DNA from: Octopus vulgaris
Taxonomy: Eukaryota
Length of the DNA: 64,000 nucleotides
NCBI GenBank assembly: GCA_951406725.2
Contig: OX597815.1
Location: 75,950,001-76,014,000 of the forward strand
Direction: 5' to 3'
The notes below the pieces were generated by a model. It did not search any database and was not told the DNA's origin. It saw only the letters and a list, made by a program, of their open reading frames with translations. The translations under genes and the position numbers were made by a program. Of the stretch, positions 51,730 to 64,000 are shown in pieces; position 1 is the stretch's first letter, and each line of letters begins with the position of its first letter.

Positions 51730-54700
51730 GTATGTAATATTTTCCTATTAGATTTTTACTAACAGCTTAATTTTTTAATGCTATATCTAATTATATATAT
51801 ATATATATCACTGTATTGACTAGGTTGTTGAATGATTACAATGTGCTTCCAATTCTTTCTTGATTGTACCATTCTTTCCCATCTTGGCTTGACATGTTCT
51901 CACCTGTTGTCAGTGAACATTTCTGGCTCGGCAAAATTTGTACTTTCAATATTCTGTGATCATGTTCACTTTGCTCTGCTCTCAATTACCTCACTTGAGA
52001 CATGCTCTCACGTTGATATTTCTAATATGGATCTTTCTTTGGCCTTTTACATTGTATCCAGTGCTATTGAAGAAGCTGACATCTGTGCTGGTGCCACATA
52101 TAAAGCACTCATGCTGGTGCCACATAAAAAGACATCCACTACACTCTCAGAGTGGTTGGAATTAAGAAGGGCATCCAGCTGTAGAAACCATGCTAAAACT
52201 GACAATTTGGGCCTGTTGCAGCTCTGTAACAGGCCAGATTCTGTCAAACCATCCAACCCATGCCAGAATGGAAAAAGGATGTTAAATAAAAATAACCATG
52301 TAGCAGCTTCTCTTATACTAAAGGCTAGCTATGGGTCTTCTCTCATACTACCTTAACCTTCATCTGATTGCATAAATCTACCAACCGCCTTGGGTTTTGT
52401 AGTCTTGCAAGCTACATGACAACTTCACTAGTACTAGTAGCATGAGAAAAGCCTCCAGTACACATTGTAAAGTGGTTGGCATTAGGAAGGGTATCCAGCA
52501 GTAGAAACTGTGCTGAAGCAAACACAGGAACATGATGTAGTTCTTGGACTCATCAGATCCTGTCAAACCATCCAACACATGCCAGCTTAGAACATGGACA
52601 ATAAATTATGATAGTGATTTCCCTTGTTCTTCTCTCTGGCTCGGTAAGCAAGTGTCTCCTCCACATCAACACACTTGTTTCTGTCCTCTTTCTCGTTACT
52701 GCTCTCTCCCTCTCTCTTTTTCTCTCTCTGCCTAGGTAATCATGTACCCACTCCATAACAAGACACTCGTTTCTGCTTCTCTGTCTTTCTGTCACACTCT
52801 AACCTTTCATCACATGACACAGGATCACCTCCTCCAACGCCCCATCCTTTCTCAAAATCCCTTATCTTGCAAGTTACTTGGTGTCATGTAAAAAGCATCC
52901 AGTCCACACTGTGAAGTGGTTTGGCATTTGGAAGGGCGTCCAGCTGTAAAAACCTTGCCAAAACTGACCTTGCCTTTGCTGGTACTATGTAAAAAGCACT
53001 CAGTCCACTCTGCAGGGTGGTTGGTGTTAGGAAGGACATCCAGCTGTGAAAACCATGCCAAAACAGACACAGTAGTCTGGGGTAGGCTTCTGTCTGGCTG
53101 GCTCTTATCAAACTATCCAACCAATGCCAGCATGGAAAGCAGACATTAAATGATGATACACACACAAACACACACACACACACTTAGCTACCCAGGTTTG
53201 ACTAGACATTTTGAGATTGCATTCTGCTGTCCCAACATATCTTGAATCAATCCTTGTTTTCAAGTAGGATACTTTATTCCACTTGTCTTTTGCATGTTGA
53301 AGTGTTGAGTTGCAGACTATATTGTCCATGTGAGACAAATATGTTATTTGAGGCATTGTTCTACAGATGGGAACCTTTCCTAATGTTAACCATTATCTGT
53401 TTTTTCAAGTAAGGGATCTCTATTCCACTTGTGCTTGAAGGTTTGAAATGCCTGGATGATCTTGTAATGACCATGCGAAGTGAGGTGACAAGAATGGTTC
53501 CTTAGTACATAACACATTCGATACAATAAATACAAAAATAATAAATGCTTATATGAGCCAGGGGGAAACAGAGAGACACAACTGGGTTGAATGTTTAAGA
53601 GAAAACTTTATTGATATGTTAACATGTGAGACTGTGTTTACGTCATGTATACAGAATAATAGACAGGCTGTCATGAGAACAAAGTGTATGTGTGTGTATC
53701 ATGTATACAGAGCATTGAAAGTGTCTATAATGAGAAGTTAGAAGAATGTTCATAGACTCAAGGATGATAAATACCAGTTCTTAGTCAGTTGTACACGATA
53801 GTTGAAATGCTGTATCAAGAAGTTGTGACGATGATGTAGAGCCGGTTGAGGTACGTCATACGTGAAGGTGTGGCTGCAATGCAGAGCCGGTTGAGGTACA
53901 TGTCATACGTGAAGTTGTGGCAGTGATACAGCTGCCTGGGTAACTTGGTACAGGAGTTCTTGCAGGTTGTATTCGCTATTAACCATGAAGTAATTCACGG
54001 ACAGTGCTATGTTAAAACCTGTGCGAGGTGCTGGTTGTTGTGTACATAGAGAGATGATGTTAGGAGGAATGGTGGCGACGGAGATGGAGGTCGTTGAATG
54101 CTGTTGGACGAAGTTGATGAGTCTCTATGTGGTTGCTGTTGTGTTGTCGCTGGAACTGGCTTTGCCCTGTGTGGTCAGTGGCTAGACCTTAAAAGGTCTG
54201 GAACCAAAGACTCCGAGATGCGGAGAAGCTGGAGTTTTATAGGGAGCAGTTGGCTCAAACTGGGGTTGAGAACAGACTGTCTCGCGTGACCTTATTTGAA
54301 CACTGCGATTGGTTGGGTTGCATATTGGTGCACGATAGAGCAAGAGACAAATTGTGCCAATACCAACCAGGCAGAGTAGTGGACAAACAGGGTCCAAAAT
54401 GTGACCAAAGGCTAGCTGTTGTCTACTACGTTCGTATGTATGTATATATAATAGAGAGGAGAGAAATTTCCCTCAAATGTCCACTACAATCTGTTGACAA
54501 GAGAAACTCCCCACACCGCCTATCCTTTTTATACAGGTGGTTACAGATGTAAGATAGTGTTAGAATTGTAAATGAATGTCACTGTCATCTAAGCAGTGAC
54601 ATTCATTTCCAGTGTTCTGTCAGAACATGTTTGGCCATGGGGAAATATTACCATGCCTGGAAACAAGTGAGGGTTAACCATAAGAAGGACATCTGTAAAA

Positions 54701-55860
54701 AATCAGCCTTAATAACACTGTCCAATCCATGTAAGCATGGAAAAGTGGATGTTAAAAGGATGATCGCATGCACTTACACACATACTCATACAATGTATGT
54801 ATACTTACATGTGTATAGTTGTGTGGAGCAAGAGGTGGTGGTGGTGGGGTATGTTAAAAAATAGATCTCATGTGGTCTCATTCCATGAGAGAGTCTTGGT
54901 CTGCCAATGAACTTTTCAGCATGACCTTGTATGTATATGTATGTGTCTCATCTTGAAATCATTTGATAGTTATAAACGAGTATCACTGTCATATAAGCAG
55001 TGTCATTCATTTTCTGTGTTACATGAAAATATTTCTGGCCATGGGGATGTATTTCTTTCCTTGGAAGCAGATGAAGGTTGGTGACAGCAAGGGCATCTGG
55101 TCATAGATAATCTGCCTCAGTAAACATCATCAGGCTTTTGGAAGCATGAAAAAGTGGACATTAAATTGATGAGGATGAGAAGGAAAATGAAATGAAAATA
55201 CTTGAGAAATCAGATGAAAATACTCTTTACTCATTGTTGATAATGTGTGATCACCTGTATAGTTCTAGATTATGCAAAATGGCCAGCTGATGCATGCATG
55301 CATATCCACAAGTACTTTGTGGTTTCTAAGACCATTTTGTTCAATCATCATCATCATCATCATCATTTAGCGTCCGTTTTCCATGCTAGCATGGGTTGGA
55401 CGGTTCTACTGGGGTCTGTCGAAACGGGGCGGTGCTGGCAACGGTCGCGAAACGGAAAGTTCTCTTACATGCCACCGGCACTGGTAACACATCTGCAATT
55501 TCCATTGATCGATTTCGATTCTGATCAATGTAATTAGCTATTAGGAATAAAACGTTTTTATGAAATTGGTGACTCGTTAAAGGCACCTGGTACACTCTTT
55601 GGAGTGGTTGGTGTTAGCAAGGGCATCCAGCCAAGAAACCAAGCCAAAACAGACCGAGTCTGGTGCAGCTCTCCAATCACGCCCTCTAACCCATGCCAGC
55701 ATGGAAAATGGATGCTAACTGATGATGATACCTTTTCTAAAGAGCGATTCCTTATTCACTTCATGATAAACGTTTTGGAGCTAATCACCAGATTTAAATC
55801 TTACTCATTCCTTTTTTATTATTCTTATCACTTGCATTCATTCTTATATTTTCTCTATAG

Positions 55861-55943
55861 AATATTTCAGACGATGAAAGTGATGAAGAAATGCGCATTG
55901 CAGTTAATCCTGTAAACCAAAGTATTTTGATATCTCCAGAAAA
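55861..55943 (+). CDS. KNL1: KNL1 exon (NISDDESDEEMRIAVNPVNQSILISPEK)
   Basis: Long pyrimidine tract plus CTATAG acceptor; the phase-2 donor AA|GTTTGT is the one that keeps frame with the next exon. Confidence 0.7.
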
Positions 55944-56099
55944 GTTTGTATGAATTTTAAGCTTTTCAAAGCAATTGAATTTACCATTTTTGATAGCATG
56001 TAAGACACACTCTTTACCCCAAAGAAATGTTTAAAAAATTAACTCAGGTCCTATATGCAAATTTGGGTCTCCTATAAGCTAATATTACATGCTTTAAGC

Positions 56100-56310
56100 A
56101 GGTGGTGAGATAATAGAATCAGTAGCATGCTGAGTGAAATGCCTAGTGGCATTTCGTCTGTCTTTATGTTCTGAGTTAAAATTCCACTGGGGTAGATTTT
56201 GCCTTTCACCCTTTTGGGGTTAATAAAATAAGTACCAGTTGAACACTGGGTTCGATGTAATCAACTTAGCCCCTCTTAAACTTGCTGGAATTGTACCAGA
56301 ATTTGAAATA
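56100..56310 (+). mobile_element. tRNA-derived SINE (27333 family), older copy
   Basis: TTTGCCTTTCACCCTTTTGGGGTTAATAAAATAAGTACCAG core. Confidence 0.7.
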
Positions 56311-56736
56311 ATATTACATGATTTGACACTCTAGAAACTTCTTTTCCTCAGTATGCAGTGTTGAAATTGCAGTGTGTGTGTCTTTTATGCCATCAAATAA
56401 TGTGTATTTTTCTGCATATATTAAATCATTTTGTCAAAATTATTATAAAATATACTTTTGCTCTAATGGAAACACTGGAAATGTTTGACTTAAATTTCTT
56501 TCCTTCATGTTTCTTTGTGATAAATTACAACACAGACGTTTTCAATTAGATAATTTGCCAAATTTTCTATTTGTTAGATTTAAAATTGTTGTCTTGTATT
56601 GCGTTTTCATATCTTAGATGTTACAAATTTAAGAATGTCTTTAAAGATCCTATTAAGTTACAAACATTATAAGTGTCTGTTCATTAAAAATTTTGTCTAG
56701 TTAGTTTGGTTATGTAAATATATTGTGCTGTATTAA

Positions 56737-56864
56737 CCCCTAGGGGATGACAGGGCCAGTCTATCGGCTGAAAAGTTGATTGACAAAGACAACAGATTGG
56801 CCCAGTTGTCGTCGTCTTCATTTGACTTTTTGGCCAATAGAGTGGCCCAGTTGTCTCCTAAGGG
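56737..56864. mobile_element. Small piggyBac-like MITE
   Basis: TTAA|CCCCTAGGGGA..GGGCCAGTCTAT ... ATAGAGTGGCCC..TCTCCTAAGGG|TTAT; imperfect TIRs of about 40 bp. Confidence 0.6.
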
Positions 56865-57750
56865 TTATAATTTTTTTGAAAAATGAGTGCATGTTCTGTG
56901 TAGGGCTTGTGTTAAGGACTCTGTCTTCTGAGTACCGAAACTCCTAGCAAGGCTTTGTTTCCAAAGCCTTAAAGAAATGCATCATTATGCATGGCCTAGC
57001 ACTAGGGTGTTAGGCTCATAATCATAAGGTCGTGGGTTTGATTCTTGGATTAGGTGGCATATTGTGTTCTTGAGTAAAGCACTTCCTATTGTTCCAGAAA
57101 TTAGTACCACTCATGTGCTGCTGCAGCCCTTACTCTCCCTCAAACTGTCACATCATAGTTGTTCTGCTGGGTCAAGTGTGGGAAGACTGAGGTGTCTGTC
57201 TTTATATGATTACACATACACTTAAAACTATTAAGCAAAACATGGTAAGTTACCCATATTTGCTTGTAAGTGATGGCTCTTTTTATTCCTATTTTATTTT
57301 TGCTTATGATGCGCAGCTGTCAGGATTTCTAATTTTAGCAATTTAATATCTTAATTAGCTTAGCTTAGATCTCATGAGTCCATGTTCCAAGCTGGTTTCC
57401 TTAGCGCATAGGTGATTGACTGAGATTACAACACATCACTCCCCGCAACAACAGGATGCTGTTTGTTGCAGGGATAACTTCCCAGCCTTGCTGGAACTAC
57501 TTTTTTTACAAGTGGGTGAATTGGAGCAAATTGAAATTATGTGTTTTGCACAAGAAAACATTGCACTGCCTAGTCCAGGAATCAAAACCTTGATCTTATA
57601 ATCATGAGTGCAACACCCTAACCACCTGGCTACATGCCTTCACTAATATTTTAATTAAAGAAATGAAAATACTTATGAAATGTTTGTTTTTGAAAACATA
57701 ATATACTCTAAATTACATTTTTAAATCATTGTTCTTTTAACTATTACTAG

Positions 57751-60700
57751 AGTTTCTACTACAACCTCCAGATCAACCACTGTTTCTCAAACTATAGAGG
57801 ATAAAGAAAACATCAATGTTTGCAGAGTTGATCCTGAAGTGAAAGACTCAGTACCTCAAGCTAAGTATGATGCAAACAACACTGATAAACAAGCACAAGA
57901 TACATCATTTCTAGAGAAAGTCATGGCAGATGTTCCACTATCTTCTGCTGCTACTTCTTCAGAAAAGAGCTTGTTATTTACAAATGATTTTAATTGTCCC
58001 GCTTCATTGAGCACTGAACTTTTTCTTTATAATTATGTTCGTGTACATACAAAAGATGATAGCAAGATTCAAACACCTGATGAGTCAAACGAAAATGATT
58101 CTTTATCAGACTCTCCTCATTTGGATAAATCTTTGTATCAAGGTAACCATACTGTTTATTTTGATAGGAATGATTCAATGGACTTAACAAAACCTTTGGG
58201 AAAATATCTCACAGATTGTAATGAAAGCAAGGATGATATTGTCAGTAGTCCTGATGGTCATATAATTGGATACTACAATCAAAATAATAGCTATGATGAA
58301 AAAACTATTTATTTCAATAAAACTCATTATGCAGCCGGTAATATGGACTTGACATGCTGTAACACCATAACAATTGCTGATTTTCCTGAAAGTGGAAGAC
58401 CAGTTGAGATTACCAATGTGAAGGATGTAGAAAATATTGAGAATTTTTGTGAAAACAAGCAGTTTAATATAGATGAAAGTTTTTGTAAACCAACTAAAGA
58501 CCTAAATAACCCATTAAGATTACCAGCAGATAATTATATGCCACCCTCTTCTAATAATTCTATTGTTCAGCTGCCTAGTCTTGCTTCAAAGAATATAATT
58601 GACAAAAAAGACATACCATGTGAATTGAATGGAATGCCGTCTGATAATTTCAAATCAAATAGTAATGCAAAAGATGGTCTTGGTTCAGTGAGTGATTGTA
58701 GACCAAGTATTACTAATGTAACTGATAGTAAAACAGGAGCAAATGTTTTAAAGGATGAAAAAGAACATATTAAGACAGGATCAAAGAGGACCTGTGTTTC
58801 TGAATCCTCTGACATACCTTCAAAACAGTCAAATACATATGATATAATTGAACCAGCCATTAACAAACCAACTGAAAAGAAATCTGATTTCAAGAACCAT
58901 GTTCAGCCAGTGACTACCAGTGAATCAGTTCCTGAGAAGTTAGTTCTTAAAGAAAGTACAGAGTCTTATATGGTAGAATCTTCTAGGTCCTGTCCAAAAA
59001 AGACTCTGGTTGATACATCGCAGTCAACTTCAAAAGAATTGACTGTAACTAAATCCACCAAATCATTTCTAAACACGCAAGAATTATTTGATTCTACTCA
59101 GTTTAATGATGGTAAATTTAGTAAATTAGCTAAAGAACTTAAAACTAGTGCTTCAAAATTGCCAGCAGATAACTGTATTCTACCATCTTCTAATAATTTT
59201 GATCGGTCTAATCTTCCCCCAAAGAATATAATTGACAAAGAAAACATGCCATATGAATTAAATGGAATACAGTCTGTTAGTTTCAGAGCAAATAGTACTG
59301 CTAAAGATGATCTTGGTTCAGTGACAGATTTTAAAGCCACTATTTCCAATATTTCTAATACCAGAACAGAAGGAAGTGTTTTAAAGGATCAAAAAGAACA
59401 TATTAAAACAGGATCAAAGAAAACATATTTTTCTGAAACCTCTGACATACATTCAAAACAGTCAAATACACATGATATAATTGAACCGGCCATTAAGAAG
59501 CAACATATTTCTGGTTCAAATTTGCCAGCAGATAACTGTATTCTACCATCTTCTAATAATTTTGATCGGTCTAATCTTCCCCCAAAGAATATAATTGACA
59601 ACGAAAACATGCCATATGAATTAAATGGAATACAGTCTGTTAGTTTCAGAGCAAATAGTACTGCTAAAGATGATCTTGGTTCAGTGACAGATTTTAATGC
59701 CACTATTTCCAATATTTCTAATATCAGAACAGAAGGAAGTGTTTTAAAGGATCAAAAAGAACATATTAAAACAGGATCAAAGAAAACATATTTTTCTGAA
59801 ACCTCTGACATACATTCAAAACAGTCAAATACACATGATATAATTGAACCGGCCATTAAGAAGCAACATATTTCTGGTTCAAATTTGCCAGCAGATAACT
59901 GTATTCTACCATCTTCTAATAATTTTGATCGGTCTAATCTTCCCCCAAAGAATATAATTGACAACGAAAACATGCCATATGAATTAAATGGAATACAGTC
60001 TGTTAGTTTCAGAGCAAATAGTACTACTAAAGATGATCTTGGTTCAGTGACAGATTTTAATGCCACTATTTCCAATATTTCTAATATCAGAACAGAAGGA
60101 AGTGTTTTAAAGGATCAAAAAGAACATATTAAAATAGGATCAAAGAAAACTTTTTTTTCTGATACCTCTGACATACATTCAAAACAGTCAAATACACATG
60201 ATATAATTGAACCGGCCATTAAGAAGCAAAATATTTCTGGTTCAAATTTGCCAGCAGATAGCTGTATTCTACCTTCTTCAAAATCTTGAGTTTGCTTCAA
60301 AGTTATCAAGTTTAATTTGTGCTGACAAGAATGAATTGAATGATTTTAATGGTTCAGTTGAAAAGAAATCAGATTTCGGGGACCGTGCTCAGCCTGTGAC
60401 TGCCAGTAAGACAGTTCCAAAGGAGCTAGTTCTTTCTACAGTGTCTCATATAGGAGAATCTTCCTGGTCCTGTCCAAAAAAGACTCTAGTTGATACATCA
60501 CAATCAGCTACAGAGGAAATGAGCATAATTAAATCCACCAAAACAGTTCCAAATAGGCAAGATTTATTTGATGTTACTGAATTTGATAATGACAAATTTA
60601 ATAAATTAGCTCAAGAGCCTTATTTGATGTTACTGAATTTGATAATGACAAATTTAATAAATTAGCTCAAGAGCCTTCAACTAATACTTCAAAATTACCA

Positions 60701-62258
60701 GCAGATAACTGTTTTCTGACCTCTTGTAATAAGCCTACTGATCAGCCAGTTAATATTCCCTCAAAAAATATAATAAACAAAGTAAATATACCTGGAGAAT
60801 TAAATAATATTGAAAGTGCGAAAATAGAATCTTTTAAAATGGATGTTCCTGTTAATGTCAGAGGTAAGACTTTTCCAAAAGATGATCTTGATTCAGTGAC
60901 TGATTTTAAACCAAGTGTTACTAATATATCTAATAGCAGAACAGGAGGAAGTATTTTGAAGGATCAAAAAGAACATATTAAGGCAGGATCAAAGAGGACC
61001 TGTTTTTCTGAAACCTCTGGCATACCTTCAAAACAGGCAAACACACATGGCTCACAGGTTGGTAAATTAACAGACTTGTCTGATACAATTTCCTCTCAAA
61101 ATAAAAGTAACCACATTAAAGCAGCTGAGTCTCCAATCAAAAATGCATCTCAAATAACTTCCTGTTTGACAGATCCTTTAGTTCAGTTCTGTGCTCATGA
61201 CAGCATTAACAATGAAAAGTTGAAAGATTCTGATACTAATTTAAATGGAATGAATGCAAGTGATGTTAATATTTTAAAGACAAAAGAGAAAGCTGTTGGA
61301 TTGTTAAGTTCATCTGCAAGTTGTGAACAGATAAAATACAGTTCAGGAGAAGTTACTAATGAAAAGGAAAAAAAGATTAAAGGTGACATAGTTGCAGAAA
61401 AAGTCGATAATGTTACTGGGATGCAATCAGAGAAAAAACGTGTACTTTATGTTAGTATGAACACAAGTGGTGTTGTACACTCATTTAATGTAGAAAAATC
61501 TGAGGGTTCTGCTTCATGTTCAAAAGGATTACATTTAATAGAAAAGGATTCTGTAGAGACAAATGAATTTACGCCTCCTTTTGGTTCTAGTTTCACAGAA
61601 AAATGTAAGGAAAATGTTCCTAATGAAATAATGCCATCTTCAAAACAGCTTCCAGATTATCCTAATACAGCAGTAGATGAACAAAATGCAATCAGGAGTA
61701 ATGCAGACCAAACATTAGTATCTTGTAATAAAGCAGAGAAATTGTCAGAAAATGGCATACAGGAAAATAAAATACAAACTGGCAATAATAATAAAATACA
61801 AACTGAAAAACACAAATTGAGTGCAACAAATAATTTGACAAAACTGCAAAATAAACTGTTCAATGTTGGGAATGTCATAGAAAATGCGAATAAAGGTGAA
61901 ATGAAAAAAGGTTTTAGTGATTGTGTTTTGAAAATAAATACTTCAGATGTGCCTGATAAATGTCATCAACCCCAAATTTCTTCTAATAATAATTTTAAGA
62001 AATCAAATGACTCTTCTTTCAATACTTCAAGTGTATTTTCTCGAAGGCAAACATGTTCTGAAACAATTAGCTCAAAATTAATTCAAACTTCTTTGAACAG
62101 TAGTTCTTTTACTGTTAATAAGAGCAGTTTGATGGCTGAGAGCAGTATACAACCAGATAAAGTTGTTACAGAGAAGTGTTTGAGAACTGATATCAGTGGT
62201 ACTCAATATGATACAAATAGTGTATCAGAGAAAACTGGCTTTGATTTTGACTATGCTG
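57751..62258 (+). CDS. KNL1: KNL1 giant exon (MELT/repeat region); contains two apparent frameshifts
   Basis: Acceptor TTACTAG, donor G|GTGAGT at 62259. Two T-x-x-F...MDLT modules (HTVYFDRNDSMDLT, KTIYF..GNMDLTCCNT) and low-complexity S/K/N-rich sequence. It spans track ORFs 57839-60289, 60207-60665 and 60839-62296, which are linked by internal repeat homology. Confidence 0.85.
59161..60280 (+). repeat. Coding tandem repeat, 363-bp unit x3 plus a partial copy
   Basis: GCCAGCAGATA recurs at 59161, 59524, 59887 and 60250; copies are nearly identical; diverged copies at ~58520-58865 and ~60695-61050. Confidence 0.97.
60564..60676 (+). repeat. 56-bp exact tandem duplication inside the KNL1 exon
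   Basis: TATTTGATGTTACTGAATTTG..CAAGAGCCT starts at 60565 and again at 60621. Confidence 0.95.
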
Positions 62259-62962
62259 GTGAGTTTGATTTTATTATTAAAATATCAATGCTTTAATTAA
62301 GGTGAGTTCTGTGAGAAAGTTAGAGATGGATAAATAAGATTAATATTAGAAATGGTTACTGAAGTAGTTAATGTGTTTACTGGCTGGACATCATCTGAGT
62401 CTGACATTTACCATCATATTTACTAAAGCCCTCCTCTACATCTGTTTTACTCATCCCTTCTCTCTCACACTCATGCAACCTTTAACCACCCCTTCTAATT
62501 CTATTATCTACTGTGTTATTTTACTGTTGTAAATGTGTATAATATTAAGATACAATACCTTTTAGATCATTTTTCTTTATGCTTTAATCGAATGTTAATG
62601 TATACTTTTAAAGTCAATGATTTAATATAATATTCCACAAATTACTACATTAATTTTATGATCAGATCTTTTTGGTATGAATTGTTTCCACTTTAATTTC
62701 AAAATTTCTACACAGATTTTGTTTTTGATGCCAAGTACTAAAGTCACAACTGCTTTTTAGAGAGAGAAATTAACAATAAACAATTACAAATGTTTAAGTA
62801 CTTAATTTTTTTAATAATATTAGTCAGATCCATCCTCTCTCTTGCTGTGGTGATATTAATGAGAGTATCAGTTTTTTTGTTTGTTTTTGACATGCAACTA
62901 CAACAAATCACAAACTGTTATTGTTTTTTGAGAAATGAATAATGATGTTACAAAACCTTTAA

Positions 62963-64000
62963 CCCTTTCGTTACCAAAGCCGCCCGAAAAAATTTTGGTT
63001 AATGTGACCAAACCGCCCAAATTTACCTATTCATATTTAAATGAGAATATCAGAGCAAATCTCTTTAGTACATTCATGAAAACACGTGATTATGTTTCGT
63101 AAACAGTTAATCTACAGTTTTGTACAACGATCGACGTGTAATTTTAATTACCTGAATTTTGGGAGATTTTTTTCCACATTTTTTCAGCATCGATTTTTCT
63201 TCAACTTTGAAAATGGATAGGAGTTTCATGTTATCAAGCATTGATTCCGAATTGGAAAATTTGTGAAACAAATACTGGGTGCTGTTGTGGATTTAGTTTT
63301 TATACAGGGAAACTAATGTTAGTCAGCATGGCTTAGGGTATGATGTGGTCTGGAAGTTATTGTTTGAAGCGATCAATGCGGAAACAAACTTACGCAGATT
63401 GTAAACAAACACAAAATGGGGGGTTCAAATTTCGGAAAATTTGTGAAGCAAATACTGGGTACTGCGTGGATTTAGTTTTTATACAGGGAAAATAATGTTA
63501 GTCAGCATGGCCTAGGGAACGATGTGGTCTGGAATTTATCACTTCCATACCATAACCAGGGCCGTATATTATTTTTTGACCGATTTCTTTAGTTCGGTCA
63601 AACTTACGGTGGATTCCTGTATTTCAGTTTATTCCACCTTTATGGTACACCTGTTGTGCATTAAATTCAACTGATCATATAGTGCTGTGCACATTTCTTC
63701 TTTATCAAAATTTTGTTGCATACCCATTTGAATATTAGCTGATGATTCATTTTCTATGGTGATGTTTAAACAAAATTTTAATATTTTTACCTTTTGCTCA
63801 ATTTAAAATTTTAATATTTTTACCTTTTGCTCAATTTACCTGGATTTACCTGTAATTAAAGTCACTTTGAGACAAAAGTTATGCAATAGAATTGATTAAG
63901 AACCCTTTCTTTAATTATGTTCCAAATATCACATTAACATGTTAAGTAAAAAAGTTACAGTTATTTAATGAAACAAGCCTAGATTCATGATTATTTTAGA
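62963..64000. mobile_element. piggyBac-like non-autonomous element (runs off the window)
   Basis: TTAA|CCCTTTCGTTACC terminus like the other MITEs; internal direct repeat (~63254-63360 vs ~63433-63540) and a 33-bp tandem duplication at 63772-63838. Confidence 0.55.

Larger units (their letters stand above)
42695..62258 (+). other. KNL1: KNL1 gene model span within the window (3' end lies beyond the window)
   Basis: join(42695..42720,45519..45546,46032..46073,47857..47930,48032..48072,50061..50094,50707..50738,51677..51729,55861..55943,57751..62258). All introns are GT-AG and phase-consistent. Protein starts MGVDDENAGRRRSRRRSSILKLPL..RRSSKRVSFANYAEVKEF.. Confidence 0.88.

Noticed and set aside
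58567-61878. Minus-strand ORFs within the giant exon
   Set aside because: Antisense shadows of the repetitive KNL1 coding sequence.

Overview
AT-rich, intron-rich animal genomic DNA. The SINE/RTE repeat content looks octopod (cephalopod), but that is an inference. Three protein-coding genes can be rebuilt from splice sites and reading phase. (1) The first coding exon of STRAP/UNRIP (minus, 7888-8002); the rest lies left of the window. (2) A complete four-exon TSEN15 (minus, 19511-26249, 160 aa). (3) The 5' part of the kinetochore scaffold KNL1/Spc105 (plus): probable 5'UTR exon ending at 33457, ATG at 42695, nine short coding exons carrying SILK and RVSF, then a ~4.5 kb exon (57751-62258); the gene runs off the right edge. 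The KNL1 giant exon is unusual: it has only two MELT-type (MDLT) motifs, a recent 363-bp (121-aa) MELT-less tandem amplification, and two frameshifts (+1 and a 56-bp tandem duplication) that may be assembly errors. The rest is repeat DNA: a near full-length decayed RTE LINE with a PHD-like finger inside its RT, tRNA-SINEs, Helitrons, piggyBac-like MITEs, Penelope/CR1/CRE remnants, microsatellites, and a Merlin-like MITE family that includes an 800-bp palindromic dimer with its own 8-bp TSD upstream of the KNL1 promoter. No prokaryotic systems or CRISPR arrays are present. Family assignments come from remembered motifs, not database searches.
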